Source: Candidatus Aldehydirespirator sp.
Lineage (GTDB): Bacteria; Actinomycetota; Acidimicrobiia; Acidimicrobiales; Aldehydirespiratoraceae
NCBI GenBank assembly: GCA_965203635.1
Contig: OZ241903.1
Location: 3,047,547 to 3,111,546, forward strand
DNA: 64,000 nucleotides
Direction of reading: 5' to 3'
The position numbers and the translations under genes were made by a program. Of this stretch, positions 26,228-36,900 are shown in pieces; within the stretch, counting starts at the first letter, position 1, and each line of letters begins with the position of its first letter. The notes under the pieces are model-generated. The model was not told the origin of the DNA, did no database searches, and worked only from the letters and a program-made list of their open reading frames with translations.

Positions 26228-26286
26228 GTCATTCCTCCTGGGAGACGGTTCTCGGATGGTCGAGCAGGGCCGTGCCGGTAGGGCTG

Positions 26287-29200
26287 CTAGGGCTCGGCGG
26301 GGATCACCACCAGAACGGCGGACTCGATCTGGGCGGAGTCGCCGACCAGGATGGCCACACCGGCGGCGGGAGGACCGCCTGCGGGCACGGTGTAGGCCAG
26401 GGTGGCGGAGATGGTGCCGTCGCTGTTCGGGGTGATGGACGTCCGGTTGATGATGTCGCAGTCGGTCGGCGAGATGGAGTCCGCGCCGGCGGCGGGGACT
26501 GTGCAGAACAGCGCGAGGAGCCCCAGCGTCCAGTTGCCGCCGGTCAGCTGGAACTCGTGGCGGCTGCCCGCCGCGGCGTCGGCGCGGTCGACGGACTCGG
26601 GCTCCACCTCGAACCAGGGCCCGGTGCGGATCACGGGCTCGGTCCCGGGCTCCGCGGCGGCGATCACTGCGGCCTCGGCGGTCTCGATCTGGGCGGGGTC
26701 GCCCACCGCGACGGCCACGCCGTAGGCGGGCGGGCCTGACGGCGGGACGGTGTAGGTCAGCGTGGCGGTGATGGTGCCGTCGCTGCCGGGGGTGATGGGC
26801 GTGAGGTTGGAGATGTCGCAGTCGGTCTGGCCCATCACCTCGATGCCGCCGGCGGGGATCGCGCAGAACAGGCCGAACAAGTCGAGGCTCCAGTTCCCGC
26901 CGGTCACGGTGAACTCGTACTTGCCGCCGGGGGCCGCCGCGGCCCGGTCGACCGACTTGGGCGTCACCGTGATCCACGGCCCCGACGGCGGCTCGGGCGC
27001 GATCACCACCGCCGCCGCGGACTCGGCGCCGTCTGAGCTGGTGAATCTGATGGCCACCCCGCCCTCGGGGGGTCCCCCAGAGGGCACGGTGTAGGTCATG
27101 GTGGCGGTGAACCCGCCTTCGGCCACGGTCACGTCCACGCCGCCGGGGCCGTCGCAGCCGGCGTCGGCGATGGCGTCGATGCCGTCTTCGGTCAGTTCGC
27201 AGAACACGCCCGACAGCGACGCCGCGCTCCAGTTGGCGCCGGTCACGGTGAACTCGACGGTCTGGCGGGCGCGCAGCGTGTCGCGGTCCACCTCAGGCGA
27301 CGCCGAGACGGCAGGCCGCGGGGCTGCCTCGATCACCACCGCGGCGGCGGATTCCTCGCCGTCGCTGCCGGTGACCAGCACAGCAACGCCCGACTCGGGC
27401 AGACCCCCGGCGGGCACCGTGTAGGACACGCGGACCGCGAAGGCGCCCGCCGACGGCGCCGCGGTTACTTCGCCGCCGGTGCAGGACCCCGCGTTGACCG
27501 AGCCGAGCCCGCCGGCGGGGGTCTCACACAACACCAGCGACACCGACTCGCTGGCCCAGTTGGTGCCCGACACCACCACGAGCTGCCGGTCGCCGGGCGC
27601 CAGCGTGCTCCGGTCGATCGGCGCGGGCGACACCGCCGCCACCGACACGGTCGGGGCTGCGAACGCCCGCACGATCGGTGTCGCGATGAGCGGCTTGAGG
27701 GTCTTCGGCAGCAGCGATTCCATTACCTCGACGGTCACCGCACCGTCGGCGCTGCTGGCCCGCAGAGCGACGCCGTAGGGCGGGACGCCTTCCTCGGGCG
27801 CCCGGTAGAGGACCCCCACCGAGAACGCTCCGCCAGCATCGGGGGTCGCCGAGCCGACGGGCTCGTCGCAGCCGTCGGCGCCGATCTCGCCCACGCCGCC
27901 GGCCCCCATCTCGCAGAACGCCACCGACACCGGCTCGGGGGTCCAGCCCGAGCCCGACACCGTGAAAGTCCACCACTTGCGGGTGGCGCGCTCGCTGCGC
28001 TCCACCCCAGGGGGCGACACCGAGATCACCGGCTGAACCGCGGGCGGGATCGCCACGACGGTCGCGGCCTCGGCCCCCAGCGACGCGGCCGTCTCGACCC
28101 CGAGCGTCCCGGCCGCCTCGGCCACGTCAGCGGGAACACCCAGCGCGGACACGGTCACGCCGTCGGCGGGCACGCCGCCCGAGGGCACCACATAGGCCAT
28201 CCGCACGGTGAAGCTGCCGTCCGACGGCGCGACCGGCACGGCCGCCCCCCAGTCGCAGCCGTCGCCGCCGGAGCTGTCCTCGCCGGAGTCCTCGCCGCCG
28301 GAGCCGTCCTCGCCGCCGGGGTCCTCGCCGCTGCTTGCGGGAGTCGCGCAGAACGCCAACAACACCGACTCGCTGGTCCAGTGAGTGCCCGACACCATGA
28401 ACACCTGCCGGTCGCCGGGCGCCAGCATGCTCCGGTCCACCGTGGAGGGCGACACCGGCGAGATCGACAGCGCAGGCGCCGGAGCGGGCGGTGACGCCTG
28501 AGCGTCGGGATCGAACACGACCACGGCCACACCGCCGCGGGGGACCCCGTCCTCGGGCACCTCGTGCATCACCGACACCGAGGCGTTGCCGCCGGTCACC
28601 GACTCGGTCACCGAGGTCACCAGGTCGCAGTCGGCCGCGGTTATCTCCTCCACCCCTCCCGGCGGGATGCGGCACACCGCCACCACCACGGTCTCGGTGT
28701 TCAAGCCCGACACCGACACCTCGATGTCCTGCTCCTCGCCGGGCTTGAGATCGGTCCGGTCCACCTCCGGCGTCGGCACCCACACCTCCGGCGGCTGCAC
28801 CTCGGCGCCGGGCACCGCGGAGATGACCAGCTGGAAGGCGATCTCGGTCTCGGTCGGGTCGCCGAACCCGATGACCACGCCCCGCTCGGGGATGCCGTCG
28901 GCGGGCACCGTGTAGGTGATGGAGATCGTGAACGTGCCGCCCGGGCCGAGCTCGAGCACCTGCACGGTGTAGGTGATGTCGCAGTCGGACCGGCTGGCCG
29001 CGTCGATGCCCCCGGGCGGGATCACGCAGAACGCCCCGAACGGCGCCAGCGTCCAGCCCGAGCCTCGCACCGTGAACGTCTTCTTCTCGCCCACGCTCAG
29101 CGAGTTGCGGTCCACGAACCCCGGCGACACCGTGATCTGCGGCCCGCCCTCGGGCGGAGCGGCCGGGATCACCACCGCCACCGCCGACTCGTCGCCGGCG

Positions 29201-30990
29201 GGGTCGCTGTCGCTGACCCTGATGGCCACCCCGCCGGCCGGCACGCCCTCGGGGGGAACGGTGTAGGTCATCGACTCGCCGCTGAAGCTGCCGCCGGTGG
29301 GCGTTATCGTCACCCTGCCGTCGGCGGAGCACTCGGCGTCGGTGATCGAGCCGGCGCCGGCCGGGGGCACGGTGCAGAACTCCGCCAACAGTTCCGCCGC
29401 GGTCCAGCTCGACCCCGACACGGTGAACGGCTGCGTGTCGCCCGCGTCGAGCGTGTCGCGGCCCACCGTCGCCGGCGTCACCTCGATGGTGGCCCCGCCG
29501 GCTGGGATCACCACCGCGGTGTCGGTCTCGGTGCCGTCGCTGTTGGCGACCCTGATGGCCACCCCCCGGGCGGGGACGCCCTCCGCGGGCACGGGGTACC
29601 TCATGTCGACGTTGAAGCTGCCTCCGCTGACAGTGATGGTCTGCTGGTTGGCGGTGTCGCAGTCGCTGTCCTCGATAGCCCCCGCGCCGGCGGCGGGGAT
29701 CGTGCAGAACACTGCTGTCAGCGACCCGTCCGTCCAGTTCTGGCCGGTCACGCGGAAGGCCTGGGCGCTGCCGGGGCTCAGCGTGTCGCGGTCGACCGGC
29801 ACCACCGTTATGAGCGGCTTGGTCTCGGCCGGCACCGCCAGGGCCACCGCCGACTCGAGGGTGTGGGGCTGGGCGAGGGTGAGGTCGTTGACGTCGCGTC
29901 TGACCCTGATGGCCAGGCCCCGGTCGGGGACGCCGCCGTCGGGAACGGCGTAGGTCATGGTGACGCCGCTGAACGTGCCCAGGGGCGAGCCTGAGGCGGG
30001 CACCGTGATGGTGACCCTGCCGTCGGCGGAGCAGTCGGCGGCGGTGATCGCTTCAAGGCCGCCCGAGCCGACGGTGCAGAACTCGCCGTACACCGATCCC
30101 ATGGACCAGACCGTCGTGGACGGCCCCGCCGTCCAGTTCGCGCCCGACACGGTGAAGGTGTGGGTGCCGCCTGCGCTCAGCGAGTCCCGGTCGGCGGGGG
30201 TCACCGACACCGACGGCGCCGTGCCCGGCCCGATGATCGAGACCGCCTGACCCTGGATGCGGGGCTGGTCGCCGGCCGAGATGAACACGCCGTAGGGCGG
30301 CAGGCCCCCGGTCGGCACGGTGTAGGTCATCGTGCGCTGCCACCTGCCGTTGGCCACCGCCTGGTTGATGGTGCCGGAGCTCTCGCCGATAGACGCGATG
30401 CGGCAGAAGTTGGCGGCGTTGCCCAGGCCGATCTGTCTCAGCTCGCCTTGGGGCGACCGGCAGAACAGCACCGCGACAATCGGCACCGTCGAGATCCACT
30501 TCGAGCTGGTGAAGTTGAACGTGACCGTGTCGCCGGGGTTCAGCGCGGTGAGGTCCTCGGACTGCGGCGCGGCCACCGCGGTGCCGCCCTTCACCACCGC
30601 CGTCACCGTGAACTCGATGACCGCCGGCGCGTGGATGGCCAGGATCGTGGCCGACTCGGTGGGGGCCTGGCTGCCGTCGGAGTTGCTGACCCTGATGGCC
30701 ACGCCGTCGGCGGGGACGCCGGAGGCGGGCGTCCGGTAGGTCATCGCCACCGACGAGAACGAGCCGCCCGACGCGGGGATCGCCACCCGGCGGGTGTTGT
30801 CGCAGTCGCTGTTGGTGATCGCGCCCACGCCTCCGGAGGGCACGGCGCAGAACACGCCGTACAGCGACGTCGATGTCCAGTCCTGGCCCGACACCGCGAA
30901 GTTGGCGGTGTTGCCGGGGTACAGCCCGCCCCCGTCCCTGGTGGGGTGGCTGACGTTCGCCTCGGTGGTCCACGGGGCGATCGAGATCGA
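26287..30990 (-). repeat. C-terminal array of 13 Cys-pair domains (~105-125 aa each)
   Basis: The recurrent pattern is V.P..VDR..L..G....F.V.G..W......FC..P.GG...I...DCD ... Y.VP..G.P..GVAI.V, counted 13 times by eye between [10 protein letters not shown] and the C-terminus VVIPAEP. Confidence 0.8.
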
Positions 30991-33900
30991 CGCGTCGACC
31001 TCGGTGACGTTGATGGTGACGGTGACGCTGGCGTCGACGGTGTTGTCGGTCCCGCCGGACGCGTTCTTGCCGTCGGACACGTTGACCGTGACCTCGTAGC
31101 TGGACTTGGTGCTGGAGTCGAGCGCGGCCTTGGTCTTGATCTGGCCGCCGGAGGCGCCGGACTCGAAGTCGAAGCTGGCGGCGTCGGTGCCGGTCATGGT
31201 GTAGGTGAGCGTGTCGTTGTCGGCGTCGGTGGCCGCCAGCGGGGCGCCCACGTTGCTGCCCGCGGAGGCGGTCTCGGCCACGCTGCGCGTCGCGGTCGCC
31301 GACGGGAACGCCGGGACCCGGTTGGCGCCGGTGATGGTGATGGTGACGGTGATGGTGTCGTCGGTGTCGGTGTCGGCCTCCCCGGACGAGTCCTTGCTGT
31401 CGCGCACCGTCACGGTCACCTCGTAGGACTGCTGGGTTCCCGCCGGCAGGTTCGAGGTTCCGACGCTGATCTGGCCGCTGGAGCTGACCGTGAACTTCGA
31501 GGCGTCGGTCCCGCCGATCCCGAACGTGAGCGTGTCGCCGGTGTCGGGGTGGGTCACTCCCAGCGCCGCGCCCACCGCGCTGTTGGCGGTGGAGCCGGCC
31601 ACGGTGATGCTGCGGGTCGTGGTGGCGCCCTCGCTGAACACCGGGTCGTCGTTGACGGCGTTGATGGTGATCGACACCGTCGCGGCCGCGCTGTCGAGGC
31701 TGCCGTCGTTCACCTTGTAGGTGAAGCTGTCCGAGCCGTTGGCGTTGGCGTTGGGGGTGTACTCGATCACCGTGCTGCTGCCGGACTTGAGCGCGGCGGT
31801 GCCCTTGGTGGGGTTGGTCACGATCGACGCGGTCAGGCTGTCGTTCTCGGGGTCGGTGTCGTTGGAGGTCACCGCGATCTCCGTCGTGCCGGAGTCCTCG
31901 TTGACGGTCACCGAGTCGGCGACCGCGGTGGGGGCCTCGTTCACGTCGGTCACGTTGATGGTCACCGAGATCTCGTCGTCGATGGTGGTGTCGGCGTTGC
32001 CGGCCGCGTTCTTGCTGTCGGTGACCTTCACCGTCACCGAGTAGCTCGACTTGGTCTCGCGGTCCAACGACGTCTTGGTCTGGATCTGGCCGGTGGTCCC
32101 CGAGATGGTGAACGACGAGGCGTCGGTGCCGGTCATCGTGTAGGTGAGCGTGTCGCTGCCGTCGGCGTCGGTGGCGGCCACCGGGCTGCCCACGTTGACG
32201 ACCGCGGCGGAGTTCTCGGCCACGCTGCGGGTCGTGGACGTGCCGTCGTCGAAGGTGGGCTGGCTGTTGGTGTCGCTGACGGTGATGGTGACGGTGATGG
32301 TGTCGTCGGTGGTGGTGTCGGCGGTCCCCGAAGCGTTCTTGCTGTCGCGCACCGTCACCGTCACCGTGTAGGACTGCTGGGTCGCCACCGGCAGATTCGT
32401 CGTTCCGACGCTGATCTGGCCGCTGGAGCTCACCACGAACTTCGAGCCGTCGGTCCCGCCGATCGCGAACGTCAACGACTCGGTCTCGTCGGAGGGATGG
32501 GTCACCCCCAGCGCCGAGCCCACCTTGCTGTTCGCGACGGAGCCCGCCACCGTCACGCTGCGCTTCGCGGTGGTGCCGTCGCTGAACTCGGGGTCGTCGT
32601 TCAGCGCGGTGATCGTGATCGTCAACGTGCCGCTGTCGGTGCCGCCCGACCCGTCGGACACCGTGTACACGATGGTGTCCTCGCCGTTGGCGTTGGCCTT
32701 GGGGGTGTACTCGATCACCTTGCTGTCGGTCGCCTTGATCGCGGCGGTTCCCTTGGTCGGCGCGGTCGTGATCGCGGAGACCGACAGCGTCGTGCTGTCG
32801 ATGTCGGTGTCGTTGGTGATCACGTTGATCTCCACCTTGGCCGAGTCCTCGTTGATCGTCTTGGTGTCGTCGGTGGCCACCGGCGGGTCGTTCACCGCGT
32901 TGATCGTGATCGACACCGTGGCCGCGCTGCTGGTGATGGAGCCGTCGGACACCGTGTAGGTGAAGCTGTCAGAGCCGTTGGCGTTGGCATTCGGGGTGTA
33001 CTCGATCACGCCGGCGTCGCCGGTCTTGACCGCCGCGGTGCCCTTGGTGGGGCTGGTCACGATCGACGCGGTCAGGGTGTCGCCCTCGGGGTCGGTGTCG
33101 TTGGCGGTCACGTCGATCTCGACCTTGCCGGAGTCCTCGTTGATGGTCTTGGAGTCGTTGACCGCGGTGGGGCCCTCGTTCACGTTGGTCACGTTGATCG
33201 TCACCGAGATCTCGTCGTCGATGGCGGTGTCGGCGCTGCCGGTCGCGGTCTTCTTGTCGGTGACCTTCACCGTCACCGAGTAGCTCGACTTGGCCTCGCG
33301 GTTCAACGACGTCTTGGTCTTGATCTGGCCCGTGGTCGCCACGATCGTGAAGCTCGACTTGTCGGTGCCGTCGAGGGTGTACGTCAACGCGTCGTTGTCG
33401 GCGTCGCTGGCGGCCACCGCCGCGCCCACGTTGACGACCGCGGCGGCGTTCTCGGCCACGCTGCGCGTCGTAGAGGTGCCGTCGTCGAAGGTCGGCTTGC
33501 GGTTGCTGTCGCTGATGGTGATGGTCACCGTGATGGTGTCGTCGGTGGTGGTGTCGGCGGTCCCCGACGCGTTCTTGCTGTCCCGCACCGTCACCGTCAC
33601 CGTGTAGGACTGCTGGGTCGCCACCGGCAGGTTCGTGGTTCCGACGCTGATCTGGCCGCTGGAGCTCACCACGAACTTCGAGCCGTCGGTCCCGCCGATC
33701 GCGAACGTCAGCGTGTCGCCGGTGTCGGGATGGGTCACCCCCAGCGCCGCGCCCACCGCGCTGTTCGCGACGGCACCCGCCAGCGTGATGCTGCGCGTCG
33801 CGGTCGCGCCCTCGCTGAACACCGGGTCGTCGTTGACCGCGGTGATAGTGATCGTCAAGGTGCCGCTGGCGGTGTCGGTCCCGTCGGACACCGTGTACAC

Positions 33901-36900
33901 GATCCTGTCCTCGCCGTTGGCGTTGGCGTTCGGGGTGTACTCGATCACCGTGGTGCTGCCGTTCTTGATCGCGGCGGTGCCCTTGGTCGGGCTGGTCGTG
34001 ATCGCGGTGACCGACAGCGTGTCGCCCTCCACGTCGGTGTCGTTGGCGATCACGTTGATCTCGACCTTGGCCGAGTCCTCGTTGATGGTCTTGGTGTCGG
34101 CGACCCCCACCGGCGCGTCGTTCACCGCGTTGATCGTGATCGACACCGTCACCGTGTCGCTGTCGACGGTGCCGTCGTTCACCTTGTAGGTGAAGCTGTC
34201 CGAGCCGTTGGCGTTGGCGTTGGGCGTGTACTCGATCACGCCGGCGTCGCCGGACTTCACCGCCGCGGTGCCCTTGGTGGGGTTGGTCACGATCGACGCG
34301 GTCAGGGTGTCGCCGTCGGCGTCGGTGTCGTTGGCGGTCACGTCGATCTCGACCTTGCCGGAGTCCTCGTTGATCGTCTTGGAGTCGGCGACCGCCACCG
34401 GCTTGTCGTTGATCCCGGTGATCGTGATCGTCAGAGTGCCGCTGCCGGTGGCCGACCCGTCGGAGACCGTGTACACGATCTTGTCCTTGCCGAAGGCGTC
34501 AGCCTTGGGGGTGTACTCGATCACCGTGGTGCTGCCGTTCTTGATCGCGGCGGTGCCCTTGGTCGGCGCGGTCGTGATCGCGGTGACCGACAGCGTGTCA
34601 CCCTCCACGTCGGTGTCGTTGGCGATCACATTGACCTCTGTCTTACCGGAGTCCTCGTTGATGGTCTTGGTGTCGGCGACCCCCACCGGCGCGTCGTTCA
34701 CCGCGTTGATGGTGATCGACACCGTCACCGCAGTGCTGTCGACGGTGCCGTCGTTCACCTTGTAGGTGAAGCTGTCGGAGCCGTTGGCGTTGGCGTTGGG
34801 GGTGTACTCGATCACGCCGGCGTCGCCGGTCTTCACCGCCGCGGTGCCCTTGGTGGGGTTGGTCACGATCGACGCGGTCAGGTCGTCGTTGTCGGCGTCG
34901 GTGTCGTTGGCGGTGACGTCGATCTCGACTTTGCCGGAGTCCTCGTTGATCGTCTTGGAGTCGGCGACCGCCACCGGCTTGTCGTTGATCCCGGTGATGG
35001 TGATGGTGACGGTGGCCGCCGCGCTCTGGAGGGTGCCGTCGGAGGCCTTGTAGGTGAAGCTGTCCTTGCCGAAGGCGTTGGCGTTGGGGGTGTACTCGAT
35101 CACCGTGGTGCTGCCGGACTTGAGCGCGGCGGTGCCCTTGGTGGGGTTGGTCGCGATCACCGCGGACAGGGTGTCGTCCTCGGGGTCGGTGTCGTTGGCG
35201 ATGACGTTGATCTCGGTCTTGCCGGAGTCCTCGTTGATGGTCTTGGCGTCGTTGGTGGCGGTGGGGGCCTCGTTGACGTCGGTCACGTTGATGGTGACCG
35301 CGATGGTGTCGTCGGTGGTGGTGTCGGTGGCGCCGGCCGCGTTCTTGCCGTCGGTGACCTTCACCGTGACCGAGTAGCTGTCCTTGGTCTCGTGGTTCAG
35401 CGCGGCGCTGGTCCTGATCTGGCCCGACGAGGTGTCGATGGTGAAGCTCGAGGCGTCGGTGCCGGTCATCGAGTAGGTGAGCGTGTCGCCGCTGTCGGAG
35501 TCCGACGCGGCCACCGGGCTGCCCACGTTGGTGGACGTCGGCGAGTTCTCGGCCACGCTGCGGGTCGCCGAGGTGCCGTCGTCGAAGGTCGGCTTGCGGT
35601 TGGAGGCCTTGGTGCTGGCCGTCACCGAGCCCTCGTTGACGACGACCTGGCTGTTGCCGGTCCCCTCCCGGCGCTGCAGCTCGAAGTCGTAGCTGGTGTT
35701 CTCGTCGAGGCTGGACACGGTGTGGGCGGGCGCTCCCGAGGTCCAGCCCGTGTTGGCCCAGCTCGACCATTCGCTGTCGGCGCTCTTCTTGTGGCGCACC
35801 CAGTAGGAGCAGGCCGGAGCGGTGGAGGTGCAGAAGCTGGCGTTGGTCCACGTCAGCTTCACCGAGCTGGTCGTCGTCGCGGCGCTGAGCCCGGCTATCG
35901 AGTCCACCGCGACCTTGTGTTTGGTGGTGGACGTCAGATCGACCGTCCCCGCCAGGAGCTTGTTGATGTCGAAGGGGCCGGTCACGGCCGTGATGATCGT
36001 GCCGCCGGCTGGGACCGCGATCGTCATGTCCTGGGTGAAGGTCCCGTCGGTTGCGACGGTGAACGTCGGCCAGGACCGGCTGATCAGGTTGAGCGCGGTC
36101 AGAGCCTCCGATGCCGTCCCATACATGGTCGTCAGGTCCTGCGAGCCCTCCCTCGCGGTGACCCCGATCACTTCGGCCAGCCCGTCGGAGTCGCAGTCCG
36201 TGAGCAGGTTCAGGTCCGCGTCGCCGGCCGGCAAGAAACAGGCGGTCAGCAGCACTCCGAGGTCGCCCACGACGCTGCTCGTCCAGCCGGTGCCCTTGAC
36301 GGTGAACGTGTAGGAGCCGGACTTCGTGAGCGAGGTCACCTCGGTGCTGGTGTCCGACTTCAGGAACACCGTGATCGCAGGCCCGGTCGTGATGTTGATG
36401 GTGACGGTGATGGTGTCGTCGGTGGTGGGGGTCTGCTCGGGGTCGCCGTCGGCGTCTATGCCGTCTGTGACGGTGACGGTGACGGTGTAGGACTGCTGGG
36501 TCTCGACGGGCAGGGCGTTCGACCCGACGCTGATCTGGCCGCTGGAGCTCACCACGAACTTCGAGCCGTCGGTGCCGCCGATGGTGTAGGTCAGCGTCTC
36601 GGACTCGTTGTCGGGGTGGTCCACCGCGAGGGCGTCGCCCACCTTCGCGTTCGCCGTCGCGGCCGCCGGGGTGATGCTGCGGGTCGTGGTGCGGACCTCG
36701 TTGGCGACGGTGCCCTCGTCGAAGGCGGGGTTGTCGTTGACGGCGGTGATGGTGATCGTCACCGTGGCTGCGCTGCTGTTGTGGGTGCCGTCGTTCACCT
36801 TGTAGGTGAAACTGTCCGAGCCGTTGGCGTTGGCATTCGGGGTGTACTCGATCACCGTGCTGCTGCCGGACTTGAGCGCCGCGGTGCCCTTGGTGGGGTT

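Noticed and set aside
26228-26977. N-terminal 250-codon extension of ORF 24707..26977
   Set aside because: It overlaps the 3' end of the giant gene in another frame and is R-rich nonsense. A strong AGGAGG-ATG start at 26227 gives a canonical lipoprotein signal peptide.
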